From Haliotis rufescens (Eukaryota): a stretch of 64,000 bases of DNA. The notes beneath the pieces are model-generated. The model did not search any database. It saw nothing but the letters and a program-made list of their open reading frames with translations, and was not told where the DNA came from. The stretch spans positions 59,768,001-59,832,000 of the forward strand of contig NW_025963779.1 of assembly GCF_023055435.1 (NCBI RefSeq), given 5' to 3'. The number at the start of each line of letters is the position of its first letter. The first letter of the stretch is position 1. The position numbers were made by a program, and so were the translations under genes. This document shows, one piece after another, positions 1 through 13,047 of this stretch.

Positions 1-899
1 TAACCCTGGAAAATGTATTGGACAAGGTTGGAAGAGATTTTGAATTTCAACAGGAAAACTTGAAAATCACATGTTTGTACATATCATGACCGTGAATCAT
101 AAACATATTACGCTTAGTACATGTCCAGTGCAGCAGTGTTGTGTGAACAGGAATTTACGCTTACACATATTTCATCCCTCTAAAAGGTGCAACACATTTT
201 TCAACCAAAAAATACATGTTACAATTGATAGAATAGTTACATACTGACACCTGAATTAGTGGCATATAGTCAACATACTGAAAACTTTTGTGATAAATGA
301 GTAAATGTTTAAAAAATATAAACCAACGCCGATATTGGTCAAATTTCCCACTAAAACATAGATGGGTTCAGGAACCAATCTTGATATACCCAACGTCTTA
401 TCTTTTGATAATACATCTATGAATCAGGATGACTTGACATCTGCCACTTACCAAGTTGGGTCTATAGAACGAGCATAAAATAGGAATAGAGTTAGCAAGT
501 GAGGTACTTTTTATACCAACAACGCTTAGCGAATTTCCGAGTCCTAGACAAGTATGAATAAAGATACAGTTGCTTCTAACATGTCTATTGCATTTACATG
601 AGACTTAACCACACCTATAATTAATATCACATTGCATCTTGTTCTTCTTGGAGGTTAAAGGAATTTTTTCCCCTCTTTCCGGATTAGTCAGCAAAGTTTG
701 TTATCAGTGGAATGGTAGATACAGAAGTCAAGCCTACTGACAAATATACTCAATGTAGAACAAATACCTGAGACATGGTTATATTCCTCTGAAACTAAAA
801 TCCATGTAAATACAATTCTTCTTCTCTGTCTTGCATAAAATACACAAAGATGTTATAGTCTTCTTCCAAGACCCTAAGCTTATCACATAGCTGTCTACA

Positions 900-3800
900 T
901 CAGCTTTGGGATTTGTTTAGGAACACGTTGATATCTTCCTGTATTGTGTTTACAAGTTTTTCATGGTCCTGTGCTCCGTTCAAAAAACCTGCAAAAAGAA
1001 AAACAAATCTTTAAAACTTTGATGCTATGTGAAATTATCAAAACCTAAAAACTTAAGGGTATCTGACGTGAAACAAATATTCATTATGATGTACAGTAAA
1101 CTATGGTTAAAACAAACTCAAAGGGACCACTAAGTTTAATTTGTTATATCCATCTTTCGTTATGCGCTATTCGACCGTCAGACATCTTTTATCAAGTCAG
1201 TGGCATCCTGTTACTCGATAAATAACAAGAAAAAATGTGAGCGTGGCTCACTAATACCCCCGACCCGCCTAGAGTGTCAGTAGTTTCAAATTAAATAGCA
1301 AGGATAGGGTTAGGGTTTGAAAAATTCATTAAAAAAATGGAAAATTAATCAAAACAAATTTTTTCTTTTGACTGCACCCCTCCATATGACACAGATTATA
1401 TGTACTAAGTTTGAGAGGAATCCACTGAATAGTTTAAGAGAAATCACGCGGACAAAGTTTTCGGACAGACGTTAGGGTTTGAAAAATTCATTAAAAAAAT
1501 GGAAAATTATTAAAAAAAATTTTTTCGTTTGACTGCACCCCTTCATATGCCACAGATTATATGTACTAAGTTTGAGATGAATCCACTGAATAGTTTAAGA
1601 CAAATCGCGCGGATAAAGTTTTCGAATACGGACGGATGGAACATTGGTATAACTATATACCCCCAACATTTTGTCGGGGGTATAACAAAAGTGTGCAGTG
1701 TACATGTACAGAATATATCCACTTCAATCACTGTGTTACTATTGTTAATTGAGGGTGTAATTTGAGGGCAAGGTGTCAGTACTTTAAGAGTAAATCAATT
1801 GCCTTCAATTGTTTATTGACGCTTTGAAAAGCAGTGCTTGGCCGCGGTTGTTTTGATAGGTAGACTGGTGACACATGAGGAGTTCAGCTCAGGGATTAAC
1901 AGTTCCTTATACACTTCAACATTATCATTGACAGAGTATACACCCGGGACCACAAGGTGAGTTCACTATGTCCGTTATTTTGTTATGAGCGTTATACCCA
2001 TCAACTTTACATGATAAAATATACAGCAAAGGACCGGGACCAAAAGAACGGTTACAGGCCGGCAAAGCCACATTTCGAAAATAGATAGCCCAAATTGATG
2101 TGGCTCTCGCGGCAATGGTTATGGTTGCGTGATTGTATAATGTGGCTCTCGCGGCTATGCTGTCAAAACATGCTTTGTGATTCTAACAGGTTACCGTATA
2201 TAACAAAACAAGTCTTGTTTTCTCATTTTTTATTCAACAAGGATAACATATTCATCAAAACTTTACATTGATGTATATGAATAGCATATGAATATCATAA
2301 TGGATTTAATGTCATTACTGCAGATGAAGGAGGTCGCCCACGTGGTCAGCATATTCCATCTCACTCAGGTGTTGGTTCAGGAGCTGGATCTTGAGGGACG
2401 CAATACGTGCATCGATTGCCTTGTACTTCTTTCTTCATGAAGGTTCTGACCACTGGTGAGAGAGTCTCAGGACTGCAACCTCTTTGAGTGACTGCTCTCG
2501 CTGAAATAGCTTCACTACCTCGTAGATGTTCGGGTGGCACTTCTTGGCAAGTTTCTTTATCTTGTTGTGCCACCCTTCCAGGTGATTGTTGGTATGGTGG
2601 CCTTGGTGTTCGAAATGGTTCCAAATCTCTGGCATGAAGGAACATCCTTGAACCCAACTGGTTGTCACGTAGTCCATGAAGGCAGTCACTTTAGGTGAGG
2701 TGGGTGAGTCAGCAATGGCATCAAGTCACACATCATCCACTTTGTCACGAGGTACTAGAGGGAGGGCAGCAGCTCTTCTCGCCAGTTTCTTCACCTCCCC
2801 ATCTTCCTTATAGTCCATCACTAGACCTTCTTTCTGCCCCCTCCTCCAGATACATGATACAATGTTCTTGTCTGTAGTGAAGATGAGGATGTCGTCACTA
2901 ACACGGTGTAGGAACTGGTCGCCTCCCTCAGTCTGGGAGTACTTCTCCTCCAGCTGGATCTGGGGTCTGCTGTCAGGAAGGCGGGGCAAGGTCTTGTGTC
3001 TCTGGCGGTAGAGGATAGGGGTGAGAGACTTCAGGGCTGGTATCTGCTTCAGGAGGTCATCTGAGATGATGTCGTGATGTTGGCGTAGTCTGGATATCTC
3101 CTCTCCGTAGATAGTGGGTATAGGTGTCGCTTCTGTCCTCGCTCTCTCCATCAGTCTAGCCTTAAAGGCATCAACCTCAAACTCGAATGGTAGTGGGTCG
3201 TGGGAGTGACCCATGATCTCAATGGCGTGGAGCAACTCAGACTGCTCTTAGACCAAAACTTAAAGCCATCATAGTACAAATGTACGCCTCCTCTGACACT
3301 TTCAATGAACTTTATTTGAACTTGTGCGTTTGCCATGGTTCTGATATGGAGTGAACACGACGTCACTTAAATATGTTATGAATAGCAGGATGAACTCAAT
3401 GTCAATTAAGACTGCCTTTGATCTCTAAAGAACACCACACTTAGTAATTTAAATGTGGGACACTCATTTAAAGGTATCTCTAAAGAACACCACGCTTAGT
3501 AATTTAAATGTGGGACACTCATATAAAGGTATCGGTAATCAGATTAATTAATTACCCGCTAGAATAGGTGAAATGCACTCAGCTGAAAATGTGGCTCTAC
3601 CGGCAATAGCCATTTCTGAAATGTGGCCCTCCCGTTATCAATTAATTAATCAATTAATTATTAGATTTTCATCTAAATATATTTGAAATGTGTTTTTTCC
3701 TCAAATTTTCCTGTCAAGTCATCTGCATAAATTAACTGTCAACAGATGTGATTGACATGAATACTTGGTAGGACGATGTATCTTATCTGTTTCAAGTCAA

Positions 3801-6800
3801 GAAAGAAGGCAACACAAGTGGTGGTTTTCTTTGTCTGAATGTACTTGGGAACAATAAAATGACGTGAGGCGGTTGGGGACGAAACCCTTATAACAATTAT
3901 ATTATGGCCTAATGCCATCCTCAGCCGAAAGTTTTCAGAGAGACAAAAATATAAATCTAAGACGCAAGGACCCTGTTACATGGAACACTAGAACGCCCAT
4001 TAAACAAAAAAACATTAGGTAACCATATCTATTGCAACACCTTTTTCCTCAACTGTTCAACTTACAATATAAACAATAGAATATAACCCAAAACCTTTTA
4101 TATAAAAGCATGGCAACATAAAAAAATCAGAAAAAAGTCTCAAAGATCTTCGTAAAGACTGCCACAAAAATGGTCACTAATTAATAATTAACAAATTAAA
4201 TATTCTAAAAATCCCTGACCTTTTACTGATCATTAATGAATGATATTGCCACTTAAAAGAAGTTTCTGATCTATAAACTATCAAATGCTGACAAGCGTTA
4301 CACTTGTACAGGTCAAGTATACACCATGTTCTTCCTTTGATAATGTAAGTGTCGACATAATTCAGACTTCAGAGGAGAAACCTACATATGTCGTTCTGTT
4401 CTCTCAGTTCCTGTAGGTTCAGGTTATACATTGGCCACACCACCTCCTCAAAATACCACGGGGGATCTGCAGGTATGTAGACTCTCTCACTGGGGAACAA
4501 CACATCAACATATTAGTATCATGAAAACAAGGCAACAAGAAAACAGTGTCATCGATATACCTCCGCCTAATGGAGATGTTAATAAAATAACAATATAAAT
4601 TATTTGTAAATACATATGTTGTATATCTGATCATACTAAACAAAACTAGTCCTGAAGCTTGTGAGCACATGGGATATTATGGTGCACCCTGCAGATTTAT
4701 TTCTCCATGATAAGTCAACACCATAAGATTCCTTCTGTTTTTTAAATGCCGTCATTACTTCCATTCAAGTGAATTTAGGAATAGTACCAGTTCAAAACAG
4801 AACTTTTCATTTCAAAGTCTGTTGTTTAATGCTGCACTCAGCAAAATTCCAGCTATATGAGCTTCACACATTGTACCCATGTATTTCAACTGTATTTAAA
4901 GATGAAATTGAATAAAATCTTGAATAATTTTTTGGTAAAAATGAGACCCTGAATATATGATCAACACACATTAAGCATGTTGAGAGCCATCTTCCCAAGG
5001 CAAGTGTGTACACGAGCCTATATCAAAGCCTAGTTTCTACCCTTGACACATCAAGGCCGCTTTTCTTGGCTTGACCTCGTGCCACCTCATGATGATCACG
5101 AGTTGTGCCCCTTGTAATGAAAACGCGACATCCAATCAGATTCATCCCTGACATAAAACATAGGCAATCATTGGGTTTTTTTAAAAGATGATAAAAAATC
5201 CGTGTCAACAGAGACAGGCAGCAGTAAATCACTTTCATACGAAGGTGTGAACCAGTACGAAGATTTTGTGAAACGTTCTCTGATTGGACTATCGATATGT
5301 GCGATAGTCCAATCATACTTAGCACAGGAAAGTGGACTTGATGTGGCAAGGGTGGAAACAAGACTTTGATAAAAGGGCTAGTGGACGTTCTTGCCTTGGG
5401 AAGTTGTTTGAGAGCATAATTCAACACCACTTTTATTTCATCTGTTTGTTGTTTAATGCCGCACTAAGCAATATTCCAGCTTTATGATGGCAGTCTATAA
5501 ATAATCTAATCTGGGCCAAACAATCCAGTGGTTGACATTAGAATGGATCTATACAATTGAGATAGATGACATGCATGAACCAAGTCAGCAATCCTGACCA
5601 CCCAATTCCACTGGTTGTGTCTTATGACATTCATGGGTTTCTGAAGACTAATTCAAACCCAGATCTTCACAGGACTCACTTAGAAGTGTCTGACAGTAAT
5701 GTTACCTATTTTTTAAACTCTAAATTATATTTCCACAACCCCCCAAACAAGCATTTACTCGTATCCCCTGCCAAAAAATTCTGTTCTGACATGTTCTGCT
5801 GAGTGACCACTTGATGAGGAAAAACAAATTGTACACAAAAAGCAAAACTCATCAGATATGGCTAGACTGATATGTACATATATCTGTATACAGTTTGATC
5901 AAGACATATTGAACAGTCCTTCAACTATACTCTGGAAATAAAATGTGGTGGACAGAATGATTCATAGACAAAACGACTCACAATTCTTCCTCCCACCTCG
6001 TGAATGGTAATTATAAATAGTGATACAGTTCCTGAATTGATATATGATGTACATACAAAGTCTACCATTGAAACGTTGTTGATTGACACCAGGCATTAGT
6101 GGACGAAATGAAAAGTAGAAACAAAGTATCACCTCCGTCGATCTTTACACGTCTGCTTGTCAATGGTGATGAAATACTTCTTGTCGAATAACCTTGCCAG
6201 TGGACTGTAACAAAATAGTCAACTAGATATCAGTGAGTGAGTGAGTGAGTGAGTGGGTGGGTGGGTTGAATAAAATCTTGAATATTTCAGTGAAAAACAA
6301 ATTGGCAGCAAAGTATTGCTCATTTTCAATAAGCTAAACATAAGACCCTGAATAATTGCTGAACACACATTGAGAGTATAGTTCAACACCTCTTTCTTTT
6401 TATTTGTTTGTTGGTTGGTTAACTCTGCACTCAGCAATATTTCAGCTATATGATGGCAGTCTGTAAATAATCGAGTCTTGGTCAGACAATCAATGACATC
6501 AAGAGCATCGATCTACGCTATTATGATACGATACCATGTGTCAACTAAGTCTGACGACTCTATCCCGTTAGTCACCTCTTACAACAAGCAGGGGTACCTG
6601 AAGACCAAGCATCCAACATCACAAAATCTTACTCAGGGTAATAGGTATCTTTTCCATCCCCACCAAAATGTGTCACAGATATTGGCTCCCCAACCTACCC
6701 GTAGTTGAAAATAAGGATCCCCTCAATGAAGAGAAAACTTGTTGAGTTGCTTCCCTTGGTCTGTTGGTTCTGTATCCACTTGTGAACATGATTCACCATT

Positions 6801-9800
6801 GACTTCATGTCCAACGCTGATAGCTCTGTAACAGTGTGTTTATCAATCAGTTAGGTGTAAGGTACATGTATATGAATGACATGATGTCTTGTTGATGTTG
6901 TTATGGGTCAGTCTTTCATATACCAGCCACCATGCCGCATCATAAATTTATCACTAGTAAAACAAACAGAAAAACAGAAGAAGCCCGTTACCATTTCTAG
7001 AAGACCCAGAAATTATTCCATATCAGTTTGGTGAAATACATGCCTACTGCAGCGTCAAACCAGATGTGTTGCTTAGATAACTTTGTTTATTTGTTGTTTA
7101 ATGCCATCCTCTGAAATATTCTAGCTATTTGACATCTATATGAGCATTTATATAGCATCCACCTATATATGAGCATCGATCTACACAACTGGGATATGAT
7201 GACATGCATGAACAAAGTCAGTGAACCTGACCACCGAAACCTGTTAGTTGCCTCTTATGACTAACATGGATGGCTGAAGACCAACTGTAACCAGGTCGCC
7301 TTCAGCTAACCTAATCAAGAACCTTAAATGCAATTTTGCTTTACTGACATCATTTCCAGTCTAATGACATGATTTATAGTTTGGCAAACTAACATGTCAT
7401 ACACACAGGGCGTTCAGGTCACCAAGAAGGCTTTCTATTCAGTGACAATTTCTGTGTGACCTTGACATTCACTCAAAACCTTTCCACTTTAATCCGCCAC
7501 CCAATGTTTGTTGCGTATCAAATTTCACTCAATTGCAGCAAACATTCCTGGAGTTATCATCAACATTTTTGAGTGTTTGGATTGGTCTTAGGACAGTCAT
7601 AGGAAAGGATTTGCTTTGGAAAAAATCTAACATTGAATTCATTTGTCTAGTCTAAAAAAACAAAACAGTCTTGGTTCTCAGGCACTGCCCGCATCATCAT
7701 AAGGTCTGCAACGTGTTTCGTTTTTATTTCCATTTTTAAAAAATAAAAGTCTTTAAACACACGACCCTGTCAGTAAAATGCTACAATACTTAACAACAAC
7801 ATGATTTCCACGAAATTTATTGTAAACAAACTTTGGTTACATACTAGCATGAATAAAAAAAGCCAACAAACCACTGCCCGCCCATGCGATAATTTCAAAA
7901 GCCATTGCCTGAGATTCAATTCTATCATTTTTTTAAGCCCTATGTGTATACTATGCATCCCTCTCTGTCATGTCTGCATAGCTGCGTTTTCTTCTTAAAA
8001 AGCGTTTAACATGCATACACAAGACAATATGGAACATACTACAGTGTAACAAACTGGGGAACCGAGAACTACAACTTGTACAAAAATTGACAACATGATG
8101 AACTTACTTTCCCAGTTGGCATGATCTCGTTGTGGTACCATCTCCAGCCTTTCATCACAGGGATCCTAGAAAACATTCACAACAAAGTGTTAGCGTAACT
8201 TAGACAGAGGATGCACGACAGTACATTGTCAGGATTTAAAAGCATTGCCACCAAAAAGACGGCATGCAGTGCAAGGTGATTCCAGACATTTTCTCAAATT
8301 GTCACAAGTTATCTACCACATAAAGCCAAAATACCATTTGTGTAAATAATTCATCACACACATTTCAAGAATACTGTCAACAGTAGGTTTAACAGGATAA
8401 AGGGAGGTGAGGTGAAATGGGGATGAACGTCGCGTCCAAGATTATTGCACTTATATAGCAACATGCATGCGTGTATGTGTGCGTGCATGTACTAGTCTGG
8501 ACTAATGCCGATTTTATAGTGCTAATCCACTGAGATACCATGCCACAGTTTAACACTCAGACACAGTGTAGAGACTCCAAACCGACCAGTAATTGTTTTA
8601 GCCCATTTATGCCAAGCGCTAGGCATGGTAACAATAAGTACCATCTTTTAACGTCTTTTGGTATGACACGGCCGCTTTCCAGGCGGACACTCTACAACTA
8701 GATCACAGAGATAGTCCCAGGACATAAGTGTACTCTGGGATCATTGCATAAGTTCACAGGCAACAACTCTCAGGCATTGGTGCATCACACTAAATTCTGC
8801 AAATCCATCATTTTTAATGACAATTACAAAATATTTTTTCAAATTTCATATGTCATATGAAGAAGACTGTTATCCATGCTTGAAATATCATCATTCTAAA
8901 GAGATGAGTTCAGTGTGTGCCTAGTTGTGTTTGCTAGTATTCTTACTGGGGAAAAATATAAAATGTTCCTCCCTCATCACTTTTGTTATCAATAGTAAAA
9001 AAACCAATACATCCTACCTACTTTTGAGACAAATGTGACCTAAGAAACTTTTTTTATGCAGCCTAAACAGTCTTTAATTTTACAGATGTTGTGGTCTGTC
9101 TTCAATATGAACCCACCAGGAAGTAGAAGTCTTGACCCATCGCTGTAGCACCAGGAAAAGTCGCACATAGTTTCTTCACAGCAGTCGTTTTTCCACTGTT
9201 TGTTGTACTGAAAATATCAAGATCCAATTTACTCAAATCTGAGTGACTAAGAAACTGGCTCTCTTTGTATACTTTGCATTTAGTCCAGTGTCTTGCCAGT
9301 CTGAAATCCCTTCTGAACTTATTGGGTACCATAAACCACTTGCTGCCCTCTGACATTTGAGATTACATCACAAACATTCAGGGATTCCCCTGAGGAGACA
9401 ACTGATGACATATTCTATGTTGTTACTAATTCTTGGGATCAGTTGTGGACACTTAAATCAAACAGATGATCAGACAGAAAAGGCCTGTAATATAATAAAA
9501 AACCTGAGGCAGAAGTGGGCTGGCTGGGCAGGGGCTTGATTGTTGAAACTATGCAGCGTGACAAAAGAAGCAGAACCCGTCTTAACTTACATTGAGAAAA
9601 TATCCGTACTCATACTCCATGTGATGTCATCAAAGCCCTACGGAGAGCTAGTAATACGGTCACTTTGATGTGTAAAGCTATATGGTCAAGCACCTCAATG
9701 TTGCATTTCTAGTAGTATGTCTTAATTATATGTAAACGATATGTAAAGCATAGTGAAAGGCTTGCATTATTGTTTCAGAAAAGTCCAGTCACGTGATAAG

Positions 9801-10422
9801 CCTACACCCGCGGTGTGGTCACTGGAGCAGAAATTCTCGTGGACTGAGGTGAGAAGAGCTATGCTGGGGGGTTATCAGCTATTGTTTACAAACAATGCTT
9901 CAGAACATCAATGCCCTATCCCACATGGTATCGTGGTTGAGCACTCTGATTGGTAAATATCACCGTGTGGGTTTGTTTTGGTTGGAGCCTAGACCAATCA
10001 CAGCACTCGACAAAATTGAGCGCAGAGATTTTTTGTTTACTTTCGTGACCGACAGCCACGACTGAGCCAATATTTTGATGAAACCACCCGATATAGGTAA
10101 TAAATTTGAAAAAAAATGAGGCATTCAGTGAGTATGTTGAGAGAGGTGGGGAAGTTTTGTGAACACGACATGCATACATTTCCATTTAATTTAAACGATA
10201 CAGCTGATTTCTACATCGGCCAAGATGGCGAGTGATGTACCTTGTCTATTTATATATAGTATATATATATATATGGGTACAGTGTTCCAGTAATATTACT
10301 ATCCTGCTTCAGGGCCTGTGGCCTGTACCACCGACCTCAAGTGATCGTGACTTTGAATAATCTAATTACTTATTTACTTCAGCTTACCCCGATATGCCAA
10401 TTAGAAAATAGTTTCTTGCCAT
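900..10422 (-). CDS. NMRK1: Nicotinamide riboside kinase (NRK1-like), 7 coding exons, 191 aa
   Basis: Exons (- strand): 10388-10422, 9117-9207, 8108-8165, 6699-6825, 6133-6204, 4386-4489, 900-988. All junctions are GT-AG with consistent phases; total 576 nt. Translation: MARNYFLIGISGTTNSGKTTAVKKLC...MGQDFYFL...LSALDMKSM...LFIEGILIFNY.PLARLFDKKYFITIDKQTCKDRRSERVYIPADPPWYFEEVVWPMY...FLNGAQDHEKL...SQS*. It has the P-loop GxxxSGKTT, the QD and EG catalytic motifs, and the RR.R.Y...DP..YF...VWPMY signature of NRK enzymes. Confidence 0.95.
1224..1685. mobile_element. Non-autonomous Helitron/Helentron-like (HINE-type) element with internal tandem repeat
   Basis: Starts AACAAG. It has a subterminal inverted repeat (tacccccgac ~1255 vs gtcgggggta ~1673), a terminal hairpin cccccaacattttgtcggggg, and two ~161-bp internal repeats (~1310-1470, ~1471-1635). 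Confidence 0.55.
2060..3635 (-). mobile_element. Decayed Mutator-like (MULE) transposon with a frameshifted, internally deleted transposase, in NMRK intron 6
   Basis: Fragments over 2330-3340: FLYWCH-like start (IESVRGGVHLYYDGFKF), ...LYRQRHKTLPRLP...DILIFTTDKNI, ...AALPLVP..., and the MULE C-terminal TNNHLEGWHNKIKK...HPNIYEVVKLFQREQ. Degenerate inverted gccacatttc/gaaatgtggc motifs lie at both ends, and there is a 55-bp tandem pair at 3421-3530. Confidence 0.75.
8410..8715 (-). mobile_element. tRNA-derived SINE, Meta-SINE-like family
   Basis: Reverse complement of the family at 38258-38612 (gtcataccaaaagacgttaaaagatggtacttgttgttacc core). Confidence 0.7.
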
Positions 10423-10427
10423 AGTGA

Positions 10428-10703
10428 TTAGTTAGACTCGTCAAAATGGTCTTCCTTATTTTCGCCTCCCTCCGGTTTATTGGCACCAAATGCAACAGAG
10501 TTATCGCCGGTGTTCAGACGAGACAGAAATGCACCCAGCAATTTCTTGTTCAAGTGATCTGTTTGAGTTATTTTGCGTTCGTCCTTTTCGTCCTGGTTGG
10601 CAGATGCGTCTGCCTGAAGATGGGTTTCACTTATTTTCTTTTGGACACTTAACAATTCACTTTCATCTGTGTTATCCCCATGTGAGGAAACTTTGTCAGC
10701 CAT
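10428..10703 (-). CDS. Uncharacterised 91-aa small protein encoded immediately upstream of NMRK (candidate first cistron / long uORF)
   Basis: Intronless ORF MADKVSSHGDNTDESELLSVQKKISETHLQADASANQDEKDERKITQTDHLNKKLLGAFLSRLNTGDNSVAFGANKPEGGENKEDHFDESN*. The start is in a strong Kozak context (gacATGG). Composition is acidic and disorder-like with one amphipathic helical core. The stop lies 5 nt before the NMRK ATG. Confidence 0.7.
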   Translation of the reverse strand: MADKVSSHGDNTDESELLSVQKKISETHLQADASANQDEKDERKITQTDHLNKKLLGAFLSRLNTGDNSVAFGANKPEGGENKEDHFDESN

Positions 10704-12519
10704 GTCGTGTAAACAAGTACTTTGTATCTGATGCGATGCACAATCTACGCTGTATGTAAACATATAGACAGACCACAAGTTTTGTAAATGAATGCTGCCC
10801 GCATTACTCAAATACGCTGCAAGGAGCTACCAACTGGGTTGTTTTAAAATTGGTATCGTACATTGTAAACTCGGAGCCGAAAACCCAATATATTTTTTCA
10901 CTCAAAGAACAAAAATTAGGTGTTATCAAATATTAATTAGCGAAATCGTGCTGCTCATGGGGCTAAATAAATTCATTTGTTTGACAAAAGCAATTACACC
11001 ATCTACATCCACTCGCGTCCAGACACGTTTGAAGTTTGGGATCGTATTTCAGAATTTGCACATTGATGTGGTGACACTTCCTTTTCACATGTAAATATTG
11101 CAAAGTTGTAAGAAATATTGAAGTCGACCTCTTTTTCTGCGTGTAAGACTCAACAGATGGTCATAACCTATCTGTTTAACCATTTTGTTAGTTCAAAGGT
11201 AAAGTTTACAGGTAATGTGTGCAACAGACATGTTGTTTAACCAGCAGCAGATGAGAGTGGTGTAAACTTGCTATGAGAATTTTGACGCAGACTATAGTAT
11301 GTATAAATACTACCAATAATTATGTTAGATATTTAAACTGCTTGTTTTAGAAAGTTTAAAATCAGACTTCTTGACTTACTAAAGTCACCAGTGCCCTCGT
11401 CAGTGCCCTACTTCTAAGCCTATATTTCTGTGCTTTTTAGCAGCTGTTCGAGGTTTGGAATTGTTTGTTGTTTTGCTGAACTCTGCATCATTTATGATGG
11501 ACGGCTTGTAAATAATTAAGTTTTGACTAGGCCGTGTTTATGACCGTTGTCGTAATTATTATGCTCAGGGTTTTATCTTGACTTACAAACGTGGCATCAT
11601 GGGGAACTCAAATAATTTAAGGGTCACTGCAGGAAATATGAGGGTCCTTTAAAGTAATGAAATGGTGTAGTGTAATCTATGGTTTAATAATTACTTTAGA
11701 GCCTGGAATGATTAAATGATCATATGGACAGTGGTCATGACTGATGGATGAAATGAAAGATGTCCATAACTGCTCTTGATGCGCTTTAAGTAAAATGAAT
11801 ATTATTGTGTATCCTTCAGGATGCAGTATGTTCTTTTCTGCGTCCATTATCAACATTTGTGTGTAGCCTGCAACCTCGGGGTATCGCGGTACTTGTCATG
11901 TACGCTAAACGGAACAAAATGCACTCACTAACCATTATGATTATTTGTGTTCTCTCTATCAGATGTCATTTATTTGATCTAACAATGCATATTTTACTGA
12001 TAAAAATTCATTATTTACATTAGTAGCTCCGAGTAAAAGCCGGGCCTCCCGCTCAGTTTGACAAGGGAGAGAACTCCATCGTATCGCGGTACAGAGAAAA
12101 GTTGTGTATGGAGGTCCGAATTGGACAAAAAGTGGACATAATTCTACCAACCACTTGGTATGATCATGCAGGACATCAGTGATTTGTCCAGACAAGTGCA
12201 AAGACAGCACAAGTAAAATTCTAAATGTGTTATCAGCAATAGGTATTCAATGCATATTTACCGAAAAGTAAGAGAAAAATATTTTTATAAGTCAACATCA
12301 AAATATCAGAAATGATATTTTAAGATTGTTTAAAAAATATTGGATGACAATAATTTGTCACAAATTGGAAAAATGTTAAAAGTCAACAATAAATATATAA
12401 AAAGCACTCCTAGTATGCCCAAAGTATGTATTTATCTTTTGGTTAATTACTAGTGAAGAACGTATTTCTAAGTTTGGCATTATGGCCCTTATGATCTCCC
12501 AATAGATTCTGGGCACAGA

Positions 12520-12663
12520 GCGGGAAAAAATGTGCGGACTACGTAACTTCCGTTACCTCATTAGTCGCCATGAATATGCAGATGATCTAGTTCAGGTCGA
12601 TAGAGAAAGTTTACGTGGGGAACTGCGGGTTATATCGTTGGCCATTGATAGATGGGGGTAAGG
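12520..12663 (+). promoter_or_regulatory. Probable CCDC124 promoter / non-coding first exon
   Basis: CpG-richer patch with actacgtaacttccg (ETS-like cttccg) and a good donor ggg|GTAAGG at 12658, upstream of the acceptor at 13659. The assignment is inferential. Confidence 0.35.
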
Positions 12664-13047
12664 CAATATTACAACAGATGCCAGAAATATGTATCAACGG
12701 ATTAATAACTTCTTACTTACAGCAGACGGAACATTCCGAGGAAATTGAAATTGTTTACGAAGTGAGCACTTCCTGGTTACTGATTTGCATTAATAGACAG
12801 CCGCTAAGAGGCGTGTCCCTCGTGAACTATCGGAAATCACAAATGCCGCGGTACCATGGGGTCCGAGTATACTGGAGGCACATTCGTGCATTGCATAAAT
12901 CCCTGATGCTGATCTTCTACAATGTACCACAAAAGGCATAAACATGGTGAAATTAAGTCTGGACCAGACAAACCAAGGATTGATATTCACCATGTCTAAC
13001 CACCTGATCATTGCTGAGTTGACTCTTACATATCTTGTGACAAGTGA

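Noticed and set aside
5812-5872. 60-nt motif (repeated at ~13502-13562) with tgatgag...aaactcatcag, reminiscent of a hammerhead ribozyme
   Set aside because: The catalytic core (CUGANGA...GAAA...UH with stems I-III) cannot be assembled in either copy. I treat it as a short unclassified dispersed repeat.
9208-9356. 5' part of the 84-aa ORF 9102-9356 as the NMRK N-terminus
   Set aside because: It is intronic. An acceptor at 9208 joins in frame to exon 10388-10422, which supplies the conserved IGISG motif.
10704-10811. N-terminal extension of the 127-aa ORF called by the ORF track
   Set aside because: It begins at a non-ATG codon and reads like promoter/5'UTR sequence. The ATG at 10703 has the strong Kozak context and starts the protein-like composition.
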